Shown in pieces: positions 24,951 through 33,863 of a DNA stretch of 37,900 nucleotides. The notes under the pieces are model-generated. The model saw only the letters and a program-made list of their open reading frames with translations. It did not search any database and was not told where the DNA came from. This DNA is from an uncultured Candidatus Saccharibacteria bacterium (lineage in GTDB: Bacteria > Patescibacteriota > CPR2 > UBA1875 > CAIMLA01). The stretch is taken from positions 1 to 37,900 of the forward strand of contig CAYYEV010000002.1 of the NCBI GenBank assembly GCA_964471065.1, in the 5' to 3' direction. Every line of letters starts with the position of its first letter. The first letter of the stretch is position 1. The translations under genes and the position numbers were made by a program.

Positions 24951-25493
24951 TTAGATTTTCTTTACCTGCAGTGAATCCAGCTCGACCGGCGTTTCCCGAC
25001 CAAACATATTGACCATAACCCTGATTTTGCCTTTTTCTTGGTCAACATGGTCCACAGTCCCGTCAAAGCCTTTGAATGGACCGTCTGTGATACTGACTAG
25101 ATCGCTTGCGTCTAAATCTATCTTGAATTTCGGTTCCTCTAGACCCATTCTTTTCTGAATTGTCGAGACTTCAGCCTCACTCATCGGAATCGGAGTTGTG
25201 CCGGAACCAACAAAACCAGTCACTTGAGGCGTGTTTCTAACTACATACCAGCTTTCATCGGTCACGATCATTTCAACCATGACATAGCCGGGGAAAATTC
25301 TTTTTTCGACTGTTCTTCTGCGACCATTCTTGATTTCAATCGTCTTTTCTTTTGGCACGATGACGTCAAAAATCTTGTCTTCCATCTTCAAAGACTTGAT
25401 CCTTTGTTTCAGATTTTCTGCTACCCTCTCTTCATAGCCAGAATACGTATGGATAACATACCAGTGGCGTCCTTCGCTGTGCTGTTTTGCCAT
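24951..25493 (-). CDS. nusG: Transcription termination/antitermination factor NusG
   Basis: WYVIHTYSGYE (NGN domain) and a KOW motif (GPFKGFDGTVDHVDQEKGKIRVMV). It lies between secE and rplK. Confidence 0.93.
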   Translation of the reverse strand: MAKQHSEGRHWYVIHTYSGYEERVAENLKQRIKSLKMEDKIFDVIVPKEKTIEIKNGRRRTVEKRIFPGYVMVEMIVTDESWYVVRNTPQVTGFVGSGTTPIPMSEAEVSTIQKRMGLEEPKFKIDLDASDLVSITDGPFKGFDGTVDHVDQEKGKIRVMVNMFGRETPVELDSLQVKKI

Positions 25494-25508
25494 TTTCTAA
25501 GTTACTCC

Positions 25509-25712
25509 CTATTTTCTAAGCGTTAAAATATATGCTAATATTTTGCTAAAAATGTAGTCATAGAGACCCAAGAAAACACCGACAACCAAGACCAAAATGA
25601 TAACGGCGATCGTTATGTTAATAACGTGTTTTCTGGTCGGCCAGACGACCTTTGTCAGCTCATCCCGCGACTCTCCAAAATAACTAAAAATCTTCTTAAA
25701 AGCTTTTTTCAT
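25509..25712 (-). CDS. secE: Preprotein translocase subunit SecE
   Basis: 67 aa. ELTKVVWPTRKHV is followed by a single TM helix. It lies immediately upstream of nusG. Confidence 0.88.
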   Translation of the reverse strand: MKKAFKKIFSYFGESRDELTKVVWPTRKHVINITIAVIILVLVVGVFLGLYDYIFSKILAYILTLRK

Positions 25713-25753
25713 ATTTTTCCGTTTTTAAAAAAGCCTTGCGGCTTTGTGCTTAA

Positions 25754-25782
25754 ATCATAGCTTATATAAGCTAAAATGTCAA
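25754..25782 (-). promoter_or_regulatory. Candidate secE-nusG promoter
   Basis: On the minus strand: TTGACA (25782-25777), a 17-nt spacer, then TATGAT (25759-25754). The 16-bp perfect palindrome tagcttatataagcta (25758-25773) fills most of the spacer and overlaps the first two bases of the -10. Confidence 0.5.
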
Positions 25783-25897
25783 CGTTTTTTTGGCAGAAGT
25801 AGAATAATTAAAAATTAAAAAGCAATAAGTAATAAGTTAGTCAAAAATTGGCTTATAGAAGAATATGCTCTATCATAGTTACGGAAGCTTAATTACG

Positions 25898-25926
25898 TTG
25901 ACCTCGAGCCCATTTTCTACTATAAT
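25898..25926 (+). promoter_or_regulatory. Promoter of the tRNA/rpmG operon
   Basis: TTGACC (25898-25903), a 17-nt spacer, then TATAAT (25921-25926). It lies 26 nt upstream of the first tRNA. Confidence 0.7.
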
Positions 25927-25952
25927 ATCAAGGTTAAAAACCTAGGGTCTAG

Positions 25953-26027
25953 GCCGATGTAGCTCAGTGGTAGAGCATCTGTTTTGTAAACAGCAGGTCG
26001 TCGGTTCGAATCCGACCATCGGCTCCA
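25953..26027 (+). tRNA. tRNA-Thr (anticodon UGU), CCA encoded
   Basis: Manual cloverleaf: acceptor gccgatg/catcggc, D arm gctc-agtggta-gagc, anticodon loop tttgtaa, T arm gtcgg-ttcgaat-ccgac. Confidence 0.9.
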
Positions 26028-26113
26028 GGGGAGGTACCGAAGCGGTCAAACGGAGCAGACTGTAAATCTGTTGGCATTAGCCTTCGGGGGTTCGAATCCC
26101 TCCCTCCCCACCA
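26028..26113 (+). tRNA. tRNA-Tyr (anticodon GUA), long variable arm, CCA encoded
   Basis: Acceptor ggggagg/cctcccc, anticodon arm gcaga-ctgtaaa-tctgt, variable arm tggcattagccttc, T loop ttcgaat. Confidence 0.9.
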
Positions 26114-26114
26114 G

Positions 26115-26190
26115 GCCCACCTAGCTCAGTTGGTAGAGCGCATCCATGGTAAGGATGAGGTCACCGGTTCAATCCCGGTGGTGGGCTCCA
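26115..26190 (+). tRNA. tRNA-Thr (anticodon GGU), CCA encoded
   Basis: Acceptor gcccacc/ggtgggc, anticodon arm catcc-atggtaa-ggatg, T arm accgg-ttcaatc-ccggt. Confidence 0.9.
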
Positions 26191-26218
26191 GAAGAAGCAA
26201 TAAACCAGAAAGGAAAAT

Positions 26219-26389
26219 ATGGCAAAATCTAAGAAAGATATCCGACCGGTCATCACTCTTGAATGTACGGGGTGCAAAGAACGCAATTATGCAACGACTA
26301 AAAACACTCGCAACACAACTGATCGATTGGAAGTAAAGAAATTCTGCAAGAGAGAACGCAAACACACCTTGCACAAAGAGACAAAATGA
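26219..26389 (+). CDS. rpmG: 50S ribosomal protein L33 (56 aa; below the ORF-track cutoff)
   Basis: RBS aggaaaat is followed by [56 protein letters not shown]. The CxxC...C zinc ribbon and the RLE.KKFC signature fit L33. Confidence 0.9.
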   Translation: MAKSKKDIRPVITLECTGCKERNYATTKNTRNTTDRLEVKKFCKRERKHTLHKETK

Positions 26390-26491
26390 GAGAACATCCG
26401 ACAAAATGTTTTCTAAATTTTGTCGAAAGAGGAAGAGCTGCGAAAAGTTGTAACAAACAGAGTTTGTAAAATGTGAAGCAAGCTCTGACGT

Positions 26492-26565
26492 AGGGGTATA
26501 GTTCAACGGTAGAACGACGGTCTCCAAAACCGTTAATCCGGGTTCAAGTCCTGGTACCCCTGCCA
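26492..26565 (+). tRNA. tRNA-Trp (anticodon CCA), CCA encoded
   Basis: Acceptor aggggta/tacccct, anticodon arm acggt-ctccaaa-accgt, discriminator G. Confidence 0.9.
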
Positions 26566-26569
26566 AAAT

Positions 26570-26596
26570 AAAAATAACCCCTGAGAGGTTATTTTT
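26570..26596. terminator. Bidirectional intrinsic terminator
   Basis: aaaaataacc-cctgaga-ggttattttt lies between the convergent tRNA-Trp and the small minus-strand membrane-protein gene. Confidence 0.7.
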
Positions 26597-26670
26597 GTTA
26601 TCTCAACTTTTATTTTTACCTTTCATAGAAGATATCGAAGGCCCAGTACTACAAAGCTCTAACTAAGGTT

Positions 26671-26844
26671 TTATTTCTTCTGAATGTTACCGTAAAGGAC
26701 GCCGGCAATAAAACCGATCGGAAAGCCCAAAAGAACCCCGGCTAAGATGTTTTGGAAGATTAGTCCGACACCAAAAGCCAGAACAACCCCAAAGGCAATA
26801 CCGTATTCTGATGGAGTGATTGTTGATTTGGTTTTTTCAGCCAT
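26671..26844 (-). CDS. Small hydrophobic membrane protein (57 aa; below the ORF-track cutoff)
   Basis: A strong RBS (aaaggagaaaataa) precedes the ATG. The product is MAEKTKSTITPSEYGIAFGVVLAFGVGLIFQNILAGVLLGFPIGFIAGVLYGNIQKK*, which has two Gly-rich hydrophobic segments. Confidence 0.6.
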   Translation of the reverse strand: MAEKTKSTITPSEYGIAFGVVLAFGVGLIFQNILAGVLLGFPIGFIAGVLYGNIQKK

Positions 26845-26873
26845 TTATTTTCTCCTTTAATCCTATTATATCT

Positions 26874-27602
26874 TTATTTTTCCAGTCGCGCCAGATTTCT
26901 TTGCGCTTCCAAATTATCCGGTTCCAGCTCGACAATTTTTTGCAATGTCTTTTTGGCTGTCCCTTTGTCATCTATCTTCATTGCAACTTCAACTAATTTT
27001 TCTAGATAATCTATATTATTCGGCTCCAAAGAAACGGCTTTTTCCAGAGCAGAAGCTTCTTCTTTGTGTTTTCCGGCTTTTTTGGCCGCCAGGGCTAGAT
27101 TAATGAAACGATGAACAACTTTGTTATTCAAGGCAACAGAATGTTCATAGGCCTTGACTGCTTCGTCGTATTTGCCAATGTTAAAATAAGCCAGGCCTAA
27201 GTTGTTGAAAGCTGAATCATTTGTCGGCGCCAACTCACAAATCTTCTTGAAGGCTTCTGCTGCCCCTTCATATTCCTTTTGTTCCAGATAGATAAGGCCC
27301 AGGCCATGATAGGCTTTGATGTTGCCGTGGTCTTCTCTAATGATGCCTAAGTATTTTTTCTCTGATTGCCTAAACCTTCTGGCCCTATAAAGTTTTGACG
27401 CCTCTGTCGCAACCGAGCTTAATTTTCGTTCTTGCTTTTTCTCGGTCTTTTCTGTATCTAAAACGTTTTGGATTCTTTCGCCGATCTCCCGGATATTTCT
27501 CTTTTGTCCAACAATAATTTCTGTATCGTTTGTCGTTATTAGGGTGGCAACATAAATAACAAAAACAGCAAAGATTACTATAACAAGCAGAGCTATAATC
27601 AT
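26874..27602 (-). CDS. Membrane-anchored tetratricopeptide (TPR) repeat protein
   Basis: It has an N-terminal TM helix and then TPR units (AYHGLGLIYLEQKEYEGAAEAFKK, AFNNLGLAYFNIGKYDEAVKAYE, ...). It shares an ATGA overlap with the upstream gene. Confidence 0.8.
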   Translation of the reverse strand: MIIALLVIVIFAVFVIYVATLITTNDTEIIVGQKRNIREIGERIQNVLDTEKTEKKQERKLSSVATEASKLYRARRFRQSEKKYLGIIREDHGNIKAYHGLGLIYLEQKEYEGAAEAFKKICELAPTNDSAFNNLGLAYFNIGKYDEAVKAYEHSVALNNKVVHRFINLALAAKKAGKHKEEASALEKAVSLEPNNIDYLEKLVEVAMKIDDKGTAKKTLQKIVELEPDNLEAQRNLARLEK

Positions 27603-28261
27603 TTAGCGCTCCCCTTTTTCTTTTTGCCGGCATCTTCAAAAGCCAAGCAGCACATCAAGCGGCCACAAAGGCCGGTTACCTTGTTGGCATTGACGCTTGT
27701 CTCGTACTGGTCCCTAGCCATATCCATCGAGACACTTTCGGCTTGTTTCAAAAATCTGACACAACAAACCTGTTGGCCACAAATGCCGTGGCCGCCAAGC
27801 ATTTTGGCCTCATCTCTGGGGCCAATTTGTCTCATTACCACTTGCTTTCCGATATGTCGTGAAAGTATCTTAATTAGTTCGCGGAAGTCAACTCTGTTCT
27901 CGGCCGTAAAATAAAAGATCGCTTTTTCACCATCAAAAGAAAATTCGACTGTAATCGGTTTCATTTCTAGGTTTAACTCCCCGACCTTCTCTCGAAAAAG
28001 CGGCAAATATTGATAACCATCCTCTCTCATCTTGTTCCAACGATTGAGATCTTTTTCGTCTGCCACCCGGACAATTTCTTTGTACGGCTCATCACTGTCT
28101 TTTTGAGAAACTTCTTTGTCAATATAAACGACTCGGCCGATTTCCATGCCTTGAGTGGTGGTAACAACCACTTGGTCGTTTATCTCAACTTTATTCCGGC
28201 CCGGTTTAAAATCATATATTTTAAGGGATGATGTAAATTGAACCCCGATAACTTTTAGCAA
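27599..28261 (-). CDS. PSP1 domain protein (YaaT/RicT-like)
   Basis: MLKVIGVQFTSSLKIYDF...GRVVYI and a C-terminal Cys cluster (HGICGQQVCCVRF...GLCGRLMCCLAFE) are typical of the YaaT/PSP1 family. It is adjacent to holB, as in Firmicutes. Confidence 0.8.
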   Translation of the reverse strand: MLKVIGVQFTSSLKIYDFKPGRNKVEINDQVVVTTTQGMEIGRVVYIDKEVSQKDSDEPYKEIVRVADEKDLNRWNKMREDGYQYLPLFREKVGELNLEMKPITVEFSFDGEKAIFYFTAENRVDFRELIKILSRHIGKQVVMRQIGPRDEAKMLGGHGICGQQVCCVRFLKQAESVSMDMARDQYETSVNANKVTGLCGRLMCCLAFEDAGKKKKGSAK

Positions 28262-28262
28262 C

Positions 28263-29171
28263 TTATACTCCTTGCAACAAGAGTGACTCTAGAGCCAACT
28301 TTGGATTAACGTTTTTTTGGATATATTCTTTTGACTGTGCTATTTTACCTGTAATTGCCACTATTTTCAATGATTCTTCGTCTCCTAGTTGCCTGGAACT
28401 CAGCTTTGCTTGGAAGTAATTCTCAAGAAAATTCAAGTGCTCTATGAGGCTTTCTTTCTCTTCTGCCAGTGACCCCGCTAGAAGAATCGCTTCGGCATAA
28501 GACTTTTTACTCAAAACAGTCAGAAATTGCCGCAAAAAGAGCTTGAGCCTCTCCGTTTTCTCAATGTCTTCTGCCAGGCTAGTAGCCAGACCGATCTTGC
28601 CGGCAGAAAAGCCGACCAATTCTTCTGCCTTATCTGGAGCAAGGGAGTATTTCTTTGAAAGGTAATCGGCTATTTTCCCCCGGGGGACAAAAGAAAATCT
28701 GATAATCTGAGTTCGAGATTTAATCGTGGGCAAGATGTTACCGTCATTTTCACAGGTTAGGATAATAATAGTATTTGGTGCCGGTTCTTCCAGAGTCTTT
28801 AGAAATGAGTTAGCAGCCGAGACTGACATTCTTTCTGCATGAGAAATAAGAGCAACCTTTACTTGTGATTGATATGGCTTTAGCTCCAAAAAATGAATTA
28901 GATTTCTAATTTCTTCAACATTTAAATTCTCATGGCCGTCAAAGAGCAAAAAGTCCGGCTGATTGCCAAGATCAAGTAATTTACAGCTAGAACAGTTGTC
29001 ACAAGGCTCCCCGTCTTTAGGTTGTTTACAAAGCAAACTCTTAGCAAAATGTTTAGCCAGATGGGTCTTGCCAATTTTTTCCGGACCAACAAAAAGATAA
29101 GCATGTGAATATGCTTTTTTCTCTACAATTTCCTTTAACCTAGAAAGGCCTTTGTCGTGCCCAACAATCAC
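28263..29171 (-). CDS. holB: DNA polymerase III delta' subunit
   Basis: AYLFVGPEKIGKTHLAKHFAKSLLC plus a zinc module CDNCSSCKLL, about 300 aa. GTG start with an aggag RBS. Confidence 0.85.
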   Translation of the reverse strand: MIVGHDKGLSRLKEIVEKKAYSHAYLFVGPEKIGKTHLAKHFAKSLLCKQPKDGEPCDNCSSCKLLDLGNQPDFLLFDGHENLNVEEIRNLIHFLELKPYQSQVKVALISHAERMSVSAANSFLKTLEEPAPNTIIILTCENDGNILPTIKSRTQIIRFSFVPRGKIADYLSKKYSLAPDKAEELVGFSAGKIGLATSLAEDIEKTERLKLFLRQFLTVLSKKSYAEAILLAGSLAEEKESLIEHLNFLENYFQAKLSSRQLGDEESLKIVAITGKIAQSKEYIQKNVNPKLALESLLLQGV

Positions 29172-29216
29172 TTATTCTCCTTCTGCCATTATACAGAATA
29201 AGCTCGGCCGCTTCAA

Positions 29217-29969
29217 TTATGATAGAAGAACTGTCAGCCTTTCTTGTAGCTCCTCTGGCAAGGCCGCTAGATATTTTACTCTTTTCTTTGTTTCGGGATG
29301 GATTAGTTCTATCTCCTCTGCATGCAAAAACATTCTTTCTGCAGAGCTGTCTTCTCCTCCATATCGCCTATCTCCTAGAATAGGAAAACCAAGTGAGGAT
29401 AAATGAACTCTAATCTGATGAGTTCGGCCGGTCTCGGGGTTTACTTTCAAATATGTGTATTTGTTGGTTTGTTTTATCACTTTATAAGTAGTTTTGGCTG
29501 ACTTCCCTTTCTCTTTCGGACTGATTTTGTTTCTTTCACTAATCCCCCTACCTAAAGGCAAGTCGATAATACCCTCACTTGGTTCAAGCCTGCCTCTGAC
29601 CAGAGCAAGATAAGTTTTTTTGATTTTTCTCGACTTAAATAAATTCTGGAGAAAAGCTTGATCTTTTTCTGTTTTGGCAAAAATCATAATTCCTGAAGTT
29701 GGCTTGTCTAGCCGATGGACCAGATAAACATTTCTTTTCTCTCCCAATATTTCTATAGCCGTCTGCTCTTTTTCTCCAGGCGCCGGGTGAACGCTAATGC
29801 CGGCCGGTTTATCGATAACCAAAAGATGGTTGTCTTCGAAAATAACCGGGATAATGGGAGTTTTGTTTTCTCCCCTATTTATAGAATTTTGAGTACCATT
29901 TTTATCCAGAACCATCTTAGACTTTGCCTTTCCTAAGTTCATTCTATCCAAAATGATAGTTGCAATCAA
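29217..29969 (-). CDS. RluA-family pseudouridine synthase (no S4 domain visible)
   Basis: The catalytic motif is HRLDKPTSGIMIFAKT, and HQIRVHL is also present. The listed start is TTG at 29969, directly after the rpsI terminator. ATG 29942 (MNLGKAK...) is an alternative. Confidence 0.85.
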   Translation of the reverse strand: MIATIILDRMNLGKAKSKMVLDKNGTQNSINRGENKTPIIPVIFEDNHLLVIDKPAGISVHPAPGEKEQTAIEILGEKRNVYLVHRLDKPTSGIMIFAKTEKDQAFLQNLFKSRKIKKTYLALVRGRLEPSEGIIDLPLGRGISERNKISPKEKGKSAKTTYKVIKQTNKYTYLKVNPETGRTHQIRVHLSSLGFPILGDRRYGGEDSSAERMFLHAEEIELIHPETKKRVKYLAALPEELQERLTVLLS

Positions 29970-29974
29970 TTATA

Positions 29975-29997
29975 AAAGACCCCGGCGGGGTCTTTTA
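29975..29997 (-). terminator. Intrinsic terminator after rpsI
   Basis: aaaagacccc-ggc-ggggtctttt is a GC-rich stem, followed by a U-run on the minus strand. Confidence 0.8.
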
Positions 29998-30408
29998 TTA
30001 ACGTTTTGAGAATTGAGGCGCTTTTCTCGCTCTCTTAAGACCGTATTTCTTTCTCTCTTTTTCTCTTGGATCCCGGGTCAGGAGACCGGCCTTCCTTAGA
30101 GCTAGTTTGTTGTTTTCGTCATAGGAGACAAACGCTCTGGCTAAACCCAAGCGGATACTATCGGCTTGCCCGGACAGTCCCCCACCTTCGATTTTAACGC
30201 TAAAATAGACTTTGTCATTTTGACCGCAGAGCTTAATCGGCTCATATAGACTTTCTATCAGAAGTTGGTTTTTGCCAAAATAATCTTCAACATTTTTGTC
30301 GTTAATCTGAGATTGACCCTTGCCAAAGAAAAGACGGATTCTTGCCTTGGCCTCTTTTCGACGGCCTAGGCCATAATAATATTTTTCTGTTACTTTTTGC
30401 TCTGTCAT
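29998..30408 (-). CDS. rpsI: 30S ribosomal protein S9
   Basis: YYGLGRRKEAKARIRL...GGGLSGQADSIRLGLARA...LLTRDPREKERKKYGLKRARKAPQFSKR. Confidence 0.95.
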   Translation of the reverse strand: MTEQKVTEKYYYGLGRRKEAKARIRLFFGKGQSQINDKNVEDYFGKNQLLIESLYEPIKLCGQNDKVYFSVKIEGGGLSGQADSIRLGLARAFVSYDENNKLALRKAGLLTRDPREKERKKYGLKRARKAPQFSKR

Positions 30409-30411
30409 ATC

Positions 30412-30840
30412 TTAAACCTCTATTTTTTCCGGCTTCTGAGCCTCGTGAGCGTGTTCGGCCTCCGGGAAAAGCTTTAATTTCTTGATTATCTGATCTGCTA
30501 GTTTATTTTTTGGTAGCATCCCCTTGACGGCAGTATAGAGGACTTTGTTCGGATCTTTTTCCAAAACTTCCTGCAAGGTTTTGCCTTTTATCCCACCGGG
30601 ATAACCGGAGTGATGATAGTAAACCTTACCTTCTAACTTGTTGCCGCTTACTTTTACTTTTCTAGTATTTATAACGACGACGAAATCGCCACAATCAACA
30701 GTTGGTGTAAACAGAGGTTTATTTTTACCACGAAGAAGATCGGCAATTTTTGTTGAAAGACGGCCTAGATTTTTGTCGGTCGCATCGATTAGAAACCACT
30801 TCTTCTCTATCTCTTTTGGTTTTGCTGAATATGTTTTCAT
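30412..30840 (-). CDS. rplM: 50S ribosomal protein L13
   Basis: KWFLIDATDKNLGRLSTKIADLLRGKNKP.FTP..DCGDFVVVIN...YYHHSGYPGG. Confidence 0.95.
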   Translation of the reverse strand: MKTYSAKPKEIEKKWFLIDATDKNLGRLSTKIADLLRGKNKPLFTPTVDCGDFVVVINTRKVKVSGNKLEGKVYYHHSGYPGGIKGKTLQEVLEKDPNKVLYTAVKGMLPKNKLADQIIKKLKLFPEAEHAHEAQKPEKIEV

Positions 30841-31364
30841 TTCTTCGCTTCCCCACCCTTAGGTTGACTTCCTCCAGCTTTTTTGGTTTCCTTTTCCTCA
30901 CCTTTTTTGGCTTTTCCCGACTTTGCTTTATTCGTCTTGCTGTCAGCAGCTTCAGTCTTTTTGGTTTTGTCTTTAGCCGGTGTTTTCACCTTTTTTTCTA
31001 GCTTTTCAATATCTATAAGCTCGATCACGGACATCTTGGCATTATCGCCAACCCTACTGCCAACCTTGGTGATTCTGGTGTAGCCGCCTCTCCGTTCTTT
31101 GTAAAGAGGAGCCAGTTCAATAATCAATTTTCTACCGGCGGCTTCATCCAGAAGATAACTTTTTATCGCCCTGATGCTAACCATATCGCCTTTTTTGGCT
31201 AAAGTTATCATCTTCTCAACAATTGGTTGAATTCCTTTGGCCTTGATATTGGTCGTTTTGACTTTTTCATGCAAGATAACAGAAGTTGCCAAATTGCGAA
31301 GCATTAGTTCTCTTGGCCCTTTGTCCCTTGAATATTTATAACCTTTGTTAGCATGTCTGTGCAT
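30837..31364 (-). CDS. rplQ: 50S ribosomal protein L17 with a Lys-rich C-terminal tail
   Basis: The L17 core runs RNLATSVILHEKVKTTNIKAKGIQPIVEKMITLAKKG...RRGGYTRI. About 50 extra K/E/A-rich residues follow. Confidence 0.93.
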   Translation of the reverse strand: MHRHANKGYKYSRDKGPRELMLRNLATSVILHEKVKTTNIKAKGIQPIVEKMITLAKKGDMVSIRAIKSYLLDEAAGRKLIIELAPLYKERRGGYTRITKVGSRVGDNAKMSVIELIDIEKLEKKVKTPAKDKTKKTEAADSKTNKAKSGKAKKGEEKETKKAGGSQPKGGEAKK

Positions 31365-31370
31365 AAAAAA

Positions 31371-32333
31371 TTATTCTTCCTCAGTTTCGGTTGTGAGCTC
31401 TGTGCTTTCTGCTTTGGGCAAGCCTAATTCTGCTAATTTTTCTTTGACTTCATCGAAGGCTTTGCTGCCGAAGCCTTTAAGTGTTTTTAGATCGTTATCT
31501 GTTAACTTCAGAATGTCGGCAATTGTTTTGATATCGTTGTTCAAAAGAGCATTAGTCGTCCTGGGAGAAAGATTTATCTCTTCGATTAGGATGTCACTAC
31601 CGGCTTCTTCTGTTTCCGCTTCTATCGCTTCACATTTTCTGCTAACAACTTCTTTGCCGGATAGAACCAAGAAGTGATCGACTAGAATCTCTGAAGCCTG
31701 AGCAACCGCTTCTTCCGGAGTTATAACACCATTTGTCTCTACTTCAAAAACAAGACGATCGAGGTTTGTCATTTGGCCGACACGGGTACTTTCTACATTG
31801 TAACGAACTCGCCTAATCGGACTATAGAGAGCGTCAACAGCAATAACGTCGATTCCTAACTTACCGCCGTCTCTTTTTTCGACCGGAACATAACCACGAC
31901 CTTTTTCAACCGTAGCGACAAGATGGAACTTGGAGCTTTTGTTGTCAAGGGTGGCAATGACATGATTAGGGTTTACTATCTCCACATTAGGATTTTTGCT
32001 GAATTGCTTGGCCGTTACCACGCCAGCCCCTGATGCCTCAAGAACAATCTGCTCCTCCTCATCAGAAAAAGACTTAACACAAAGTTTCTTCAGATTTAGG
32101 ATGATCTCAACAACATCTTCTTTGATGTCTTTTATAGTTGAGAATTCATGGCTGATACCGTCAATTTTGACGGCGGTAATGGCTGCGCCTGGCAAAGACG
32201 ACAGGATGACCCGACGCAAAGAGTTGCCTAAGGTCATGCCATAGCCTGGAAAGAGAGGCTCTATCGCAAAGACAGCCGAGTTACCCTCTTTTTGAATTGT
32301 TTTAATCTCTGGGAGATGAATTTCGTGTAACAT
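31371..32333 (-). CDS. rpoA: DNA-directed RNA polymerase alpha subunit
   Basis: FAIEPLFPGYGMTLGNSLRRVILSSLPGAAIT is the NTD. The CTD is LSPRTTNALLNNDIKTIADILKLTDNDLKTLKGFGSKAFDEV. Confidence 0.95.
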   Translation of the reverse strand: MLHEIHLPEIKTIQKEGNSAVFAIEPLFPGYGMTLGNSLRRVILSSLPGAAITAVKIDGISHEFSTIKDIKEDVVEIILNLKKLCVKSFSDEEEQIVLEASGAGVVTAKQFSKNPNVEIVNPNHVIATLDNKSSKFHLVATVEKGRGYVPVEKRDGGKLGIDVIAVDALYSPIRRVRYNVESTRVGQMTNLDRLVFEVETNGVITPEEAVAQASEILVDHFLVLSGKEVVSRKCEAIEAETEEAGSDILIEEINLSPRTTNALLNNDIKTIADILKLTDNDLKTLKGFGSKAFDEVKEKLAELGLPKAESTELTTETEEE

Positions 32334-32357
32334 TTCATCCGCTCCTTATACTTTAAA

Positions 32358-32990
32358 TTATTTCGAATATAACTCAACTATTAGTTGTTCATTTATTTCT
32401 GGATCAAGCTCTAGTCTGACTGGCAGAGCAATCAGCTCCCCGGTCAATTTTCCCGGATCGTATTTCAACCAGTCTGGGACATCTGTTTTTTTGGCTTGTT
32501 CCTCAAATGCCTTAATCAGTTTTTCATTTTTGGCGCTTTCAGCAATAACGCTTATCTTTTGGCCGGGTTTAACTTGATATGAAGGAATATTGACTTTTTT
32601 GCCATCAACCTGAAAATGGTCATGGGAAACCAATTGTCTGGCTTGCTTCCTTGATGAAGCAAAACCTAACCTATAAACGACGTTATCAAGACGGGTTTCC
32701 AAAAGCTGTAAAAGATATTCACCGGTTACTCCTTCTTTGCGATCTGCTTTTTCAAAGTAGTTTCTAAATTGACGCTCCAGGATGCCATAAATTCTCTTGA
32801 CCTTTTGTTTTTCTCGAAGCTGCATACTATAATCACTCATCTTGCTTCGTCTGCTCAAGCCGTGCTGACCGGGAATATAGTTCCTCTTAACCAAAATACA
32901 CTTTGCCCCTTGGCATTTCTCGCCTTTGAGGAAAAGTTTTGTTCCTTCTCTTCTACATTGTCTACATGATGGTTCTAACATTCTCGCCAT
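32358..32990 (-). CDS. rpsD: 30S ribosomal protein S4
   Basis: [18 protein letters not shown]...[24 protein letters not shown] plus an S4 RNA-binding domain ([24 protein letters not shown]). Confidence 0.95.
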   Translation of the reverse strand: MARMLEPSCRQCRREGTKLFLKGEKCQGAKCILVKRNYIPGQHGLSRRSKMSDYSMQLREKQKVKRIYGILERQFRNYFEKADRKEGVTGEYLLQLLETRLDNVVYRLGFASSRKQARQLVSHDHFQVDGKKVNIPSYQVKPGQKISVIAESAKNEKLIKAFEEQAKKTDVPDWLKYDPGKLTGELIALPVRLELDPEINEQLIVELYSK

Positions 32991-33011
32991 ATAAAAATTT
33001 TCCTAAAAAAC

Positions 33012-33395
33012 TTAAGGCTTCCTCGGTTTTGGCGGTCGGCAACCGTTATGAGGAATCGGCGTCACGTCTTTGATCGAATTGACATACAAACCGGAAGCAT
33101 TTAGTGCCCGAACGGCCGAATCCCGACCTGAGCCGATGCCCTTAACAAAAACGTCAATTTTATCCACACCATGTTCTTTGGCTTTTTCAACCGCTATTTC
33201 AGCGGCAATTTGGGCCGCATAAGGCGTAGACTTTCTCGATCCCTTGAAGCCGCTAGCACCACTCGAAGCCCAAGTTACAACATTACCGCCGTTATCCGTA
33301 AAAGTAATGATAGTATTATTGAAGGTTGACTTGATGTGGACTTGACCGTGGCCAACGCTTTTCTTAATTTTCTTTTTTCTTACAACTTTTGCCAT
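33012..33395 (-). CDS. rpsK: 30S ribosomal protein S11
   Basis: [44 protein letters not shown]...[16 protein letters not shown]. Confidence 0.95.
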   Translation of the reverse strand: MAKVVRKKKIKKSVGHGQVHIKSTFNNTIITFTDNGGNVVTWASSGASGFKGSRKSTPYAAQIAAEIAVEKAKEHGVDKIDVFVKGIGSGRDSAVRALNASGLYVNSIKDVTPIPHNGCRPPKPRKP

Positions 33396-33476
33396 AAATC
33401 TCCCTACGGTCGCTTGTCACTTGTCATTAGACTTTTGTCTTTCGCTAATGACCAATGACCAACGACTTGTGACACT

Positions 33477-33863
33477 TTACGTCTTCGCCGCAGCTTTCTT
33501 GCGGCCACTTCCGACAGTTACTTTCTTTCCTCTCTTGGTCCTGGAGTTGGTTTTGGTTCTCTGGCCTCTAGTCGGTAGGCCATTTTTGTGCCTTAGGCCT
33601 CTATAGCTTGTGATTTCTTTCAAACGATTAATGTTTTGGACCACTTCCCTTTTGAGGTCACCTTCTATCTTGAAATTTCTTTCGATACTTTCCCGAATTT
33701 TATTTAATTCACCATCAGTCAGGTCTTTGACCCTTGTGTCTGGACTGATATTGGTTTCTTTTAAGATTTTTTGGCTTCTAGTCAAACCAATACCATAAAT
33801 ATAGGTCAAGGAGACTTCAACCCTTTTTGCGTCCGGGATGTTGACACCTGCAATCCGAGCCAT
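33477..33863 (-). CDS. rpsM: 30S ribosomal protein S13
   Basis: [26 protein letters not shown]...[23 protein letters not shown]. Confidence 0.95.
   Translation of the reverse strand: MARIAGVNIPDAKRVEVSLTYIYGIGLTRSQKILKETNISPDTRVKDLTDGELNKIRESIERNFKIEGDLKREVVQNINRLKEITSYRGLRHKNGLPTRGQRTKTNSRTKRGKKVTVGSGRKKAAAKT

Noticed and set aside
26126-26566. 146-aa minus-strand ORF and 68-aa plus-strand ORF (26130-26336)
   Set aside because: They overlap three tRNAs, rpmG and tRNA-Trp. The tRNA cloverleaves and the L33 sequence explain the region completely.
27385-27639. 84-aa minus-strand ORF overlapping the TPR gene start and the PSP1 gene end
   Set aside because: It is out of frame with two convincingly coupled genes (ATGA overlap at 27599-27602).
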